From the NCBI GenBank assembly GCA_977017575.1, contig CDRNVI010000194.1, positions 1 through 64,000 of the forward strand: 64,000 nt of DNA, read 5' to 3'. How positions within the stretch are numbered: the stretch's first letter is position 1; the number at the start of each line of letters is the position of its first letter. Under the pieces are notes generated by a model. That model was not told where the DNA came from and did no database searches. It was given only the letters and a program-made list of their open reading frames with translations. Positions 37,101-49,227 of the stretch are shown here, in pieces. The position numbers and the translations under genes are program-made. The stretch is from Paramoeba atlantica. Its lineage: Eukaryota; Protista; Discosea.

Positions 37101-40100
37101 CTCACTGATTAATTCAATTTTTTCCAAAATGTCGTTTTGTCTCGAGAGGATATGGGTTTTTCCTGAAGAAGATTGTCCCAAATCCACCAACTCTTCAAAC
37201 CAACGAGTCACATAATCCTTTGAAGTGGCCTTATCATGATATCCAACATACTGGCGGCTTAGAGCATCAGGGATTGCCATCAACTTTCCAGGTTTGTGAA
37301 TGACCTTTGGGTGATATTCTAGAATTCGAGCAACCCAATCGCGCAGCATATCATGGTTCGGTACTTTCTGTTGACCCGTTTTAAACACAGATTTGAGAGA
37401 TTCGCAATCACAAAACACAATAGGATTTCGACCACGGACGTAATACTTGAAGTTGTTTAATGCCCACAGGATTCCAAGGCCCTCCCGCAGAGGATTAGTA
37501 TACTTCTGCTGTGTCTCTGTGAGTGTTCGAGAAGCATACTCAATAACTCAGTGGCGGCCATCTTGATCCATCTGAGTGAGAATTGCTCCAAGACCAAGCT
37601 TGCTGGCGTCAACATGGATAAAAAATTCTTTTGAGAAGTCAGGATGGGCCATACAGGTTTCGGATGTCAAGAGCTCCTTTAAGAGATGTATCTCCTTGAT
37701 GGATTCTTGGGATAGCGAAAACTTCTTTGGATCCATCACTTTGGCTTTTCTCAAGTGTGTTGTTAAACTGGATGAACGAGGGATGAACCGTTTTAACCAA
37801 GTAACCATTCCCAAAAATCTCTCAACTTCCTTTGGAGTAGTCGGAAGTGGGTAATTCTGGATTGCCTCAACTTTTTTCGGATTTGGCTTCAAACCATCCT
37901 TCGTCGCGATAAATCCAAGAATTTCAAAATTCGGCTTGCAAAATGAGCACTTTGCTGGTTGGAGCATCAAATCATTGTCCCTCAATCTTTGGAAAATTTT
38001 CGTCAGATCAGCCAGATGTTGTTCAAACGTTGAGCTGTAACAAAGGATATCATCGATGTAGGCAAAACAACATTGCCAAACCAGACCACTCAAGACCGTT
38101 TCAATAAACCGTTGTTGTGTTGCTGGAGCGTTACATAACCCAAAAGGCATCGAGAGAAATTCCCAGAGACCATATTTGCTGGTAAAGGCAGCCTTTTCAA
38201 TGTCTCCTTCTCTGATTGGGATCGACCAGAAAGCCTCAGACAGGTCAATAGAGGAAAAATAAGAAGAACTGCCAAGTGCAGCTAAGATTTCATCCATACG
38301 GGGTAGTGGATAAGAGTCCTTCTTTGTTTTTTCATTCAGGCAACGGAAATCCACACAAAACCGAACATTTCCATTCTTCTTGTCTGCCAAGAGAATTGGA
38401 GCAGCCCAAGGAGAGTTAGATTTTCTAATCACTTTCCTTTTCACCATCTTGTCAATATGTTTCCATATGATGCAGTCTTCGACAGGTGTGGTTCTACGGG
38501 GTTTTGCTCTCAAGGGTGGACCCTCTGCCTTGATTGGATGACTCGTTGCCGTGGTCCTAGTAATTGGACCTTCTCGCTTCTCATCATCCCACAAGTCTTG
38601 GAAAGAAACCAACATCTCCGCTAATTGTATTTTCTGCCTGTCATTCAATTCAGCATTATCCAAACCAAATTTCTCATATGCTTCTTTGAATTTATCAGGT
38701 GGATCTTTTTTATGTGCAGTAGACTTGTTTTGGGTGGCGATGTGAGTAAGCAATTGTATCACAGATGAGTCACAATTGAGGTCAGGGTTGGGGTGTCTGG
38801 TGGATCGATCAGATTTGCCATTCTGATGATCGTGCAACTTCCGTCTCTTCCGTTTAGGTTTTTGGAATAAATCCTCATCCTCAATCATTTTCTCAAGCCA
38901 TGGTCCAGTGAGTGCACAGAGATAATTGGCACCAGTCTTTGCATTAACTGATTTTGTGTGAGGTGGTTGTTTCTTGGGTACAGATTTTCGAAGACAGGGT
39001 TCAATCAAAGAGTGTTTCGAGAGTTGAAGAAGTTCAGTGTTTTCGACATCATGGTCATTAAGCTGATAAACCGTTCCAACTTCGAGATTTTTCTTCACTT
39101 GGACCTCAGTCTCAGAATGATTCATCACAAGAACATTCAGTGTGTTGTGTTTTTTACCTTGCTCGATTGTAACCAAGCCAGGAAGGAATAACAAACTCTC
39201 TGATCCAATTGATGGAAAGAAGAATCCTTCAGGTGACAATGCATGGCCGTTCAGTGTTAGTGGAAGGAACACTGATGATCTCGGAGGGATTGCCTTTGTC
39301 TCAGCCGAGAGTACTAAGGTCTTATCTCGCCTCTCTACGTCGATGTAGAAATCTGGATCTGTGACCTGAGGAAGGGTGATGTTGAGCTGTGCTGAATTTG
39401 CCTGGATGCATCTCTGACCTTTCCACGTTAAATGACCATCACTGAGACCTAGGCAACATCGTTTCATGGCACTGAAGCCAATCAATGTTTGAACAGGGAG
39501 GTCATCAATAATGAAGAACCAGAGTCCTTGGGAAAACCCCTTTCCAATCTTGACCATGGTGAGAATCTCTTCATTAATCGCAACTTTGGTTGAGTTTCCC
39601 ACTTTGACTTGAAGCTCGTCAGCTCGCCGTCGGCTCAGGATCTCAAATCCAGGACGCAAAAGTTGCTGACGACTGATCGCATTGATACCAGATCCTGTGT
39701 CTATACAAGTAGTAGTTGCTAATCCACCCGCCTGAGACACAACTTCAAATGCACAACCAATATCCCGGCTTTCCGCATTGATTACTAAATTCAGAAGAAC
39801 ATTGATCACATGATCCGAAGGAAGGTTGGTATGGGATGATGGATCAGCCCGAACGTGAACATCAGAGTGTTTCAGAGGTTCTTGAACGTGAGTGTTGGAC
39901 TGGCTCAGAGGTTCTTTGTATTCAGTTGAGCAACTAGGTGAAATAGAAGAAAGAGAATCAACAGGGCAAATTCGAGTTTGTTTATTTGGTTGTTCTGAGT
40001 CGCCATCCCCCTTGGGAGTCAACTCAAATCTTTTCTCTAACTCCCCGATGAGTGTATTCATAAATATCCTCTGTTCTTTCTTCTTGTCTCGAGGCGACTT

Positions 40101-40676
40101 TGGTGCTGGGGGTTCTCTGGATGAATGGTCACGTTTCCTTTTGTTCAACATTCGACAACCAGAAGTCCAGTGAGAGCTGTTCTTCTTGTGTTCCTTACAA
40201 TAGAAGCCATCTCTCGCAAAGTCAAGCTCTCACGCCCATTGATTGTCAAGAAACTTCCCAATGAGTTTGCAAACATTTGTCCCTTCCGAGCTCTGAGGGT
40301 TTACGTGAATCTGCATCGTAATGACTACCAAAGAATGAATTCCAAGGGTATTTGGTTGGATTATAATGGAACGAAAGAGGTCAAACCTAGCATGCTAGCA
40401 AAATGTACCTGCTACTTGATGAGAGATGCTGGAATCGATCGAATCTTCAGCTCAGCGACCATTAGACATGCCACCATCACCTTTTGGCAGAATCTAGGCA
40501 TCCCAATTGGCACAGTCATCGAGAGGACTGGACACAAATCAATACCTCTTATCAACAAATACTACAACAAGTCATCCATACAACAGGATATTTTTGCTGA
40601 CGTCTTCGAGAGGATACGCAATGATGAGAGTTCAGACGAAGAGTCAGAGGATGTTCGTGAATCGGAACAGTCTTAA
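34122..40676 (+). pseudogene. DIRS tyrosine recombinase ORF, split by A3 (34122-34925 plus 40236-40676)
   Basis: ISIAGRNSD ... KWKTKHVEKVKLSR | PLIVKK...ICPFRAL ... SATIRHAT ... RTGHKS...KYY; rejoins in frame. Confidence 0.92.
34926..40217 (-). mobile_element. Ty3/gypsy family A, copy A3: 5'-truncated within gag, least decayed copy
   Basis: 3' LTR 34926-35206 and PPT 35207-35218. One frame from FYCKEHKKNSSHWTSGC through IDTGSG, YIDDIL and integrase to the chromodomain, broken only by TGA stops near 37548 and 36870. No 5' LTR. Confidence 0.95.
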
Positions 40677-40748
40677 TATGGCAATTCTTGTTCTTTTATG
40701 TGTTGGTCATGTTCAATGACCCAAACATGAGAACAAGAATTACATATT
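40666..40748 (+). repeat. DIRS internal complementary region (ICR)
   Basis: 40666-40694 is the reverse complement of the left terminus and 40692-40748 is the reverse complement of the right terminus. The two overlap at TCT (AGA on the other strand). Confidence 0.95.
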
Positions 40749-41509
40749 CTCACCCACCCACCTCTCCACTAACGACTTCAAAATTTCAGAACACATGAGA
40801 AAAAGATACTGAATGGTTTCACGCTGTTTTATTTGGAAGATACCTTCAGTGTGACATTGATGGATTTAAGTATAAATATTGGCACTGAATCAAGTTCATA
40901 AAATCTCCAAATAAAACAGTCTTAATATGTAATTCTTGTTCTCATGTTTGGGTCATTGAACATGACCAACACATAAAAGAGTGCACACAAGCAATGTGCA
41001 CTACTCTGAAGACACTTGGCTCTCTGCTCTATTCGTTTGATCCGACTCTTGATCTTCTCCAAGTCAATTCCCAATCTCCTTCAAGGCGACCCTTGGTCTC
41101 CTCCAAGTCGACCTTCTGTGAATCTAAATAAAGAACACCATTGATGATGTCATCAGGAAGTTTCTCGCTTTTTCGTGAGACTTCTGAGGACCGCTCTTCA
41201 GTTGTCCATTCAACATATTTCTGACACGCCTCCTTTAGTCTGTACCAAAGTAGATGTGTTCAAGTATTCCTTTTGAGCCTTCAAAAAAAAAATCTGATGT
41301 CATATCCACGTGTTCACTCTTGTGGTCTCTCTTTTGATTTGTTTGTTTTTTGGTTGAATGAGGATGGTGAAGGTTGAAGAAATAGAACAAAAAAGAAAAG
41401 GAAAAAGGAAAAAAAGTGTGTATTTGTTATTCTTTTGATGATTGGATTGTTTAATTTGAAAGAAAAGGTTGTGTGTTGAAGTTGAAGATGAGGATGTTGT
41501 GGAAGGAAA

Positions 41510-41578
41510 CTCTTCAGTTGTCCATTCAATATATTTCTAACACACCTTCTTTAGTCTGTACCAAAGTAGATGTATTCA
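41510..41578 (+). mobile_element. Family A LTR 3'-end fragment
   Basis: ctcttcagttgtccattcaatatatttctaacacacc...agtagatgtattca matches the last ~69 bp of the 281-bp LTR. Confidence 0.9.
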
Positions 41579-41676
41579 TCTCCTGAGTTTTGATGCCTCT
41601 TTCTTTCATCATTTCTTTTATAAAATTTTCCATTTCTTTATTGATTTTTCTTCAAAACCAGAAATAATCAGCTTTG

Positions 41677-44600
41677 TTAAAAATGAGAACTAGAATAACA
41701 AGGAGTTTCAGGAGTCATAACACACCCTCCATTTCCTGTTTCAGAACAACATGATGGAAGTGGACAATTGATGTAATTGTGACTCATATCAAGAGTGGCA
41801 ACCCTACATAACCACTTATCACCTTGAATTGGTCCACTCAAAAAATTGTAACTCACATTCCTATTTTTTCATTCAAATCAAAAAAAAATTCACTTTTTCA
41901 GCAAATGAGAAAAAAAAAGAAGAAAAGAGCATGAGATACACATAGGTAGGAGCAAAGATCTGTTTTCCTTCAGGAAATGACCCTTTCAGTGAATTTGATG
42001 ATAAATCCCTACCACAAGAACCCCATGATCAGTTTTATCAATTCTTCAAAATCACAAAAAAAGAAACAACATACAAGGTAAACCGAAAGTTGTCAAAAAG
42101 TTCAGATGGAATTGTTCCACTCAATGAATTCTGATTCATATATCTGAAAGATTAAATTTGTTTGAATAAAATATCCAGAGACAAGAGAAAAAATGAAAAA
42201 TACAAGTTTGCCAATTCAGTGAGGGCAGTAAGTTGGGTTGGAATTGTTCCAGATAATGAGTTGTACTGAAGAAACCTGGTTTTTCAAAAAGTAAAATAGA
42301 AAAATTCTTTGATTAATTTTTTGATAATGATGTGGTGTCAGAAAAGAGAGGATTTTTAAACAAAGAGAATCCTTTAAAATAAGATCTGTAACAAAAAGGG
42401 GGAAAGAGTAGAAGAGGAAGAGGTAAAAAAATTACAATGAGTTGAGAGATTTGGATCCAAAATCAGATGGAATTGTCCCAGTCAAAGAGTTATCATTAAG
42501 CAATCTACAAACCAAAATAGTTGGTGGGAAGAGAGGAGAGAATGAGAGAAATTAGAATTGAAAGAATGCAAAAAAAAGAAAAAAGAAAAGGAGAGAACAA
42601 GGAAACCAAATGGGGCATGGCAAAAATTTCGGGTGGAATCGTGCCATTCAGTTGATTATAGCCCAGCTCCCTTGAAAAAAGAATCATGGAAGAAAGAAAA
42701 AAAACAAAAATGAAACCCACATACACTTGTTGTGATTTTTTACAATTTGCTAATTCTGATGGGATAGTTCCTGTTAATGAATTATGACCTAACGCTCTAC
42801 AATCAACCCAGATATGAGAAGTTGTTGAAATGAGAGGATATTCAAAAAAAAATGGAAGAAAAAAAAAGGGAGGAAAGAGATACAGCCAATAAAATCCACA
42901 TTCACTCAATTCAGTTGGGATTGTGCCATTAAATGAGTTGTCCTCGAAATATCTGGATGAAAAAATTACCAATACAGAGAAAGTCAAACAATTAAAATCT
43001 TCAGAGAATAATCTCCAAAAAAAAACATGGGAAAGAAGAAAAATGAAAATTAAAAGAATTTTCAAACATATATCTTAATGTTGTCAGTTTCCCAACCTCT
43101 GTTGGAATAGATCCAGTCAGCAAATTCTTAGAAACATCACTGAAGAGAACAAAAAAAGAGAATTTTTTCTTTAAGTCAGGAGAAAGGGAAAAAAGTAAAG
43201 TAATAGGAAAGAAAAAAAAAAAGAAAAATTCAAAAAGAAAAATCATACAATATGGTGAGATGGGTAAGGAGTCCAATTTCAGTTGGGAGAGTTCCTGTGA
43301 ACGAGTTACTCCCAGCAACACTAAAAACAAGAAAGAAAAAATATTAATCTCCCAAACAAAATTTGAGCAAAAAAAGAGAGGATTGAAGAAAAAGAAGGGA
43401 AGATGCATCAGAGAAGGGAAGAAGAACCAGAATTTAAGTGCTGAGATTTCAGCAATTTCAGTTGGAATTGTTCCATTGAACATATTTGTTGAAAAGGTCC
43501 TTTTCAACAAATAAGTTAACCACCAAAAATGATTCAAGTGAAAGAGAAAAGGAAATGACAAAAAAAAAGATACAAGCCAGTAACAGATGAAAGCCTTCTC
43601 AGGTCAGTGGGAATCGTTCCTGTGAATCTATTCACGTCAAGGGCTCTATAAATCAAAGAATAAGTTCAAATTTTTTGAATGTGAAAAAAAAAAGAAAAAA
43701 ATGAGAAGAGAACAAAAATTTCAAGTTCTCAAATTGGATGGAATGGTCAAAGATATCTCCATGCAAGTCATTGTTAGAAACATCCCTAAGATGATTCAAA
43801 AGGTTTAAGTGATTCATTCAGGAGAGAGAGTAGTTCCCCTCAAAGAAAAATGGAGATTAAAAAGAATGAAAAGGGGAAAGAAGACAAACAAATGTTCAAG
43901 GTTTGAGAGTTGGGTTATATCAACTGGAACTGCTCCTGAGAGTCGATTTGATCTAAGGGCTCTTTGAAAATGATATTTTGATAAGATTAGAAAACCAATA
44001 TGAACTCATTAGGAGAAAAGAAAATTATCCTCCTCTCCAAAAATAACAACCATCCAAAACAAAAGAAAAAAAAAGTTAAACAAGAGGGTTAATCGAGAGA
44101 GTTCCCCGATTTCAGTTGGAATGGTTCCAGAGATATTATTATATCTCAAATCCCTATGGAGAAAGAAGGAAGAAGAGAGAATCAACAAAAAGAGAGACAA
44201 GATAAAGAAAAAAAAAAGAAAACATGTCGGTCATATGAAAAAGGCCCCCAATATCACTTGGAAGAGTACCATCCAATTTGTTCGAAAGCAATTTTCTAAA
44301 AAAAATGAGAGATCTGAACGAAAGAAATCTTTTTTCTCTCTCCTTCTTTCTTGAACAAGAAAGCAAAAAACTTACAAAGATTTAACGTGTGAACTCAAAC
44401 AGGAAACACCATGCCATCGATTGGAACAAGGATCACCTGTCATCCAATTTTTTTTCTTCTCCCAGTTGGGACCATCTGTTGAATCATAAAGACTTTCTAA
44501 AGCTGTACACACCACCAAAATCAGTGACAAAAGACAAAGAGAAAAGAAGAAGAGAAAAAAGGAAGAAAAGAAGGACGAAAGAGAAACCCAATGTCTCGTT

Positions 44601-44744
44601 GCTTGTTGTTCCTTGGACAATTGGTGCGAAGATCAGAAACAACAAAACAAAAACCTGAACAAGAAAAAGTTTCAAATAATTGGAAGAATTCTTTCTTTCA
44701 ACTTTCTTTCCACAAACCATTGAAATAAAGAGAAACTTTCTCAT
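41677..44744 (-). CDS. Multi-exon leucine-rich-repeat protein, copy 1 (signal peptide, LRR N-cap, plant-type LRRs, Cys-rich end); 3' end uncertain
   Basis: MRKFLFISM.., WMTGDPCSNRWHGVSC, repeated one-LRR exons N.F/L.GTIP.E(I/L), terminal NYINCPLPSCC..GGCVMTPETPCY. May end at TAA 41677 or splice onward at a GTTCTC donor. Confidence 0.8.
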
Positions 44745-45689
44745 GTTGGCTTCTTTGTTCCAGAGACCGAGAGAGAAAAAGAGAGAAAAAGTTTTCTTCC
44801 AGGAAATCTTCCAGGAAAGATTTTCTGTCCGCACAGCGGAAAAAAACAGCCGCAAATTCACACATACGGCAAGAAAAGGGACCTTTTGTTAAGGCGATCT
44901 TTGTCACCGCTACTTTCTTGGAAGGGAGCTCTCCATTGACCAAAAAAGGGGAAAAATGGTTTGGTAATTTATCTCGAACGGCGTTCGAGAAATGAACGAG
45001 TTTTTCTTTCTGTCCTGAGATGATTCAACAACATCCAGATAAAGTTTCTTTGTCAAAAGTGGTGGTTGGGACACCTTTCTTAATTTTTCAGGAGGAGGAT
45101 CACTTGGAAGGTTTTCAGAAATTTCGAAAATTCAAAACCTTTCAGTTTGTTTCAAGTATGAAAATCTCCCCTTCTTCTCTCCCCTCCTGTTTTCGTTTCC
45201 TCATCGAAAATGTTCGGAAAAACGCTTCCTACAAACTGAAGTTTAGATATCTTGGAATGAATATAAGATGTCCTTTTGCTCAGAAGTGATGGGCACTTCG
45301 AGATTTCATGCCCACTTTCAGAACCTTTAAAAAGGCCAAAACCCATAAAATCAAACACACAAACAAAAAAATCAAAAAACTAATTCCAACAAATTGTAGA
45401 GAATTCCAAAAGGAACCTTGTCATAAAATTACAGCAACTTCTTGGCAAGAATCGAACACAAAACTGTGGCCACAAAAAACAAGGAATTCAACAGCGAAGA
45501 AAGCGGCAAACGCACACAAAAAAAAGAACGAAACTTCGTCCACAATAGGGTGTTTCAAATCAACATCGTTTTTTACTGTTGTGTCCGGAAAGAAAAGTTG
45601 ACGCGGAATTTTATTCACTGAATCAGATGTTTCAGGACCGTGAAAATGAAATTTTTCACTTCAAGACATTGCGAAAAAAAAGATGGATG

Positions 45690-46010
45690 CAATGATTGTC
45701 ATGGCGCGATGATTGTCACAAAGCAACCTATTCGCAAATAATTCAAAGAAAGGTTTGGGGAAAGAGGAAAACTAATTCCAAAAACAATTTGATCATCAAA
45801 AGTTTTTGATAACTTGAACTCAACAGAGTTTCGTTTTCATTTTTTTTTTGAGCTGGTTTGATATTTTTTGGAGACATTTTCGGTTTCATTTTAAAAAAGA
45901 AAAAAAAAAAAAGAAAAGAAATTAAAAAATAAAATCTTCAATTGGATGATTAATTCAACAATATTCTGGTCTGCAACATCAAGCACTGTTTTGCCATCCT
46001 AATACAATAA
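45690..46010 (-). pseudogene. Orphan duplicate of the last exons of the ankyrin gene
   Basis: Near-identical to 51590-51935 (DGKTVLDVADQNIVELIIQLK exon), with no upstream ankyrin exons. Confidence 0.8.
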
Positions 46011-46109
46011 TAAGAACAACTTAAACAATTAAAAAGTTCTTACAATTTTACTAAATTAAAAATAAAAGTAATCTTTCATTTTTATTATCTTCAGAAACAA
46101 TCAGCTTTG

Positions 46110-49100
46110 TTAGAAATGAGAACTAGAATAACAAGGGGTTTCCGGAGTCATGACACACCCTCCATTTCCTGTTTCAGAACAACATGATGGAAGTGGACAA
46201 TTGATGTAATTGTGACTCATATCAAGAGTGGCAACCCTACATAACCAATCATCACCTTGAATTTGTCCACTCAAAAAATTGTAACTCACATTCCTATTTT
46301 TTCATCCAAATCAAAAAAGAATTCACTTTTTCAGCAAATAGGGAAAAAAAGAAGAAAAGAGCATGAGATACACATAGACAGGAGGAGAGAGCTGTTTTCC
46401 CTCAGGAAATGACCCTTTCAGTGAATTTGATGATAAATCCCTACCACAAGAACCCCATGATCAGTTTTATCAATTCTTCAAAATCACAAAAAAAGAAACA
46501 ACATACAAGGTAAACCGAAAGTTGTCAAAAAGTTCAGATGGAATTGTTCCACTCAATGAATTCTGATTCATATATCTGAAAGATTAAATTTGTTTAAATA
46601 AAATATCCAGAGACAAGAGAAAAAATGAAAAATACAAGTTTGCCAAATCAGTGAGGGCAGTAAGTTGGGTTGGAATTGTTCCAGATAATGAGTTGTACTG
46701 AAGAAACCTGGTTGATTAATTTTTGATAATGATGTGGTGTCAGAAAAGAGAGGATTTTTAAACAAAGAGAATCCTTTAAAATAAGATCTGTAACAAAAAG
46801 GGGGAAAGAGTAGAAGAGGAAGAGGTGAAAAAATTACAATGAGTTGAGAGATTTGGATCCAAAATCAGATGGAATTGTCCCAGTCAAAGAGTTATCATTA
46901 AGCAATCTACAAACCAAAATAGTTGGTGGGAAGAGAGGAGAGAATGAGAGAAATTAGAATTGAAAGAATGCAAAAAAAAGAAAAAAGAAAAGGAGAGAAC
47001 AAGTTAACCAAACGGGTCATGGCAAAAATTTCGGGTGGAATCGTGCCATTCAGTTGATTATAGCCCAGTGCCCTTGAAAAAAGAATCATGGAAGAAAAAA
47101 ATTGAAAGAGGGGGGATTTTAATCAATGGGAAAGAAAAAAAACAAAAATGAAACCCACATACACTTGTTGTGATCTTTCACAATTTGCTAATTCTGATGG
47201 GATAGTTCCTGTTAATGAATTATGACCTAACGCTCTACAATCAACCCAGATATGAGAAGTTGTTGAAATGAGAGGATATTCAAAAAAAAAAAATGGAAGA
47301 AAAAAAAAGGGAGGAAAGAGATACAGCCAATAAAATCCACATTCACTCAATTCAGTTGGGATTGTGCCATTAAATGAGTTGTCATCGAAATATCTGGATG
47401 AAAAAATTACCAATACAGAGAAAGTCAAACAATTAAAATCTTCAGAGAATAATCCCCCAAAAAAAAAACATGGAAAGAAGAAAAATGAAAATTAAAAGAA
47501 TTTTCAAACATATATCCTAATTTTGTCAGTTTCCCAACCTCTGTTGGAATAGATCCAGTCAGCAAATTCTTAGAAACATCACTGAAGAGAACAAAAAAAG
47601 AGAATTTTTTCTTTAAGTCAGGAGAAAGGGAAAAAAGTAAAGTAATAGGAAAGAAAAAAAAAAGAAAAATTCAAAAAGGAAAATCATACAATGTGGTGAG
47701 ATGGGTAAGGAGTCCAATTTCAGTTGGGAGAGTTCCTGTGAACGAGTTACCCGCAGCAACACTAAAAACAAGAAATTTGGGAGATTAAAGAAATTTGAGC
47801 AAAAAAAGAGAGGATTGAAGAAAAAGAAGGGAAGATGCATCAGAGAAGGGAAGAAGAACCAGAATTTAAGTGCTGAGATTTCAGCAATTTCAGTTGGAAT
47901 TGTTCCATTGAACATATTTGTTGAAAAGGTCCTTTTCAACAAATAAGTTAACCACCAAAAATGATTCAAGTGAAAGAGAAAAGGAAATGACAAAAAAAAA
48001 AATACAAGTCAGTAACAGATGAAAGCCTTCTCAGGTCAGTGGGAATCGTTCCGGTGAATCTATTCACGTCAAGGGATCTATAAATCAAAGAATAAGTTCA
48101 AATTTTTTGAATATGAAAAAAAAAAGAAAAAAATGAGAAGAGAACAAAAATTTCAAGTTCTCAAATTGGATGGAATGGTCAAAGATATCTCCATGCAAGT
48201 CATTGTAAGAAACATCCCTAAGATGATTCAAAAGGTTTAAGTGATTCATTCAGGAGAGAGAGTAGTTCCCCTCAAAGAAAAATGGAGATTAAAAAGAATG
48301 AAAAGGGGAAAGAAGACAAACAAATGTTCAAGGTTTGAGAGTTGGGTTATATCGACTGGAACTGCTCCTGAGAGTCGATTTGATCCAAGGGCTCTTTGAA
48401 AATGATATTTTGATAAGATTAGAAAACCAATATGAACTCATTAGGAGAAAAGAAAATTATCCTCCTCTCCAAAAATAACAACCATCCAAAACAAAAGAAA
48501 AAAAAAGTTAAACAAGAGGGTTAATCGAGAGAGTTCCCCGATTTCAGTTGGAATGGTTCCGGATATTTTATTATATCTCAACTCCCTATGGAGAAAGAAA
48601 GAAGAAGAGAGAATCAACAAAAAGAGAGACAAGATGAAAAAAAAAAAAAAGAAAACATGTAGGTCATATGAGAAAGGCCCCCAATATCACTTGGAAGAGT
48701 ACCATCCAATTTGTTCGAAGACAATTTTCTATAAAAAAATGAGAGATCTGAACAAAAAAGAAAGAAAGAAATCTTTTTTCTCCCTCCTTTCTTTTCTTGA
48801 ACAAGAAAGCAAAAAACTTACAAAGATTCAACGTGTGAACTCAAACAGGAAACACCATGCCATTGATTGGAACAAGGATCACCTGTCATCCAATTTTGTT
48901 TCTTCTCCCAGTTGGGACCATCTGTTGAATCATAAAGGCTTTCTAAAGCTGTACACACCACCAAAATCAGCGACAAGACAAAGAGAAAAGAAGAAGAAGG
49001 ACGAAAGAGAAACCCAATGTCTCGTTGCTTGTTGTTCCTTGGACAACTGGGGCCAAGATCAGAAATAACAAAACGAAAACCTGAACACGAAAAAGTTTCA

Positions 49101-49170
49101 AATAATTGGAATCATTCTTTCTTTCAACTTTCTTTCCACAAACCATTGAAATAAAGAGAAACTTTCTCAT
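46110..49170 (-). CDS. Multi-exon leucine-rich-repeat protein, copy 2
   Basis: Same exon series as copy 1, ATG at 49170; upstream region replaced by the transposon. Confidence 0.78.
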
Positions 49171-49227
49171 GTTGGCTTCTTTGTTCCAGAGACCGAGAGA
49201 GAAGAAGAGAGAAAAAGTTTTCTTCAG

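Larger units (their letters stand above)
24647..40980 (+). mobile_element. DIRS1-type tyrosine-recombinase retrotransposon, about 4.37 kb once inserts B and A3 are removed
   Basis: Left ITR 24647-24792 is the inverted copy of 40798-40942. The right ITR has a 38-bp extension to 40980. An internal complementary region lies at 40666-40748. Encodes gag-like, RT-RH-MT and YR ORFs. Confidence 0.96.
19318..41262 (+). mobile_element. Ty3/gypsy family A, copy A2 (gag-deleted), split at its PPT by the DIRS element
   Basis: 5' LTR 19318-19598, PBS tggtgatgccgg 19600-19611, internal region to 24646, 3' LTR 40982-41262. Near-TSD AGTG/AGTA. Confidence 0.93.

Noticed and set aside
39100-39320. Extra beta-rich domain between protease and RT in families A and B
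   Set aside because: A similar IPPRS...V.N...G linker is common in gypsy pol, and no dUTPase catalytic motifs are recognisable.
34926-41262. Apparent single element with inverted LTRs
   Set aside because: The 40982-41262 LTR belongs to A2, as shown by the PPT reconstruction, shared LTR variants and near-TSD. The 34926-35206 LTR belongs to A3.
45940-46120. Possible LRR-ankyrin chimeric gene at the duplication junction
   Set aside because: The candidate donor (phase 1) and the ankyrin exon (phase 0) are out of frame, giving an early stop, and LRR copy 2 may simply end at TAA 46110.
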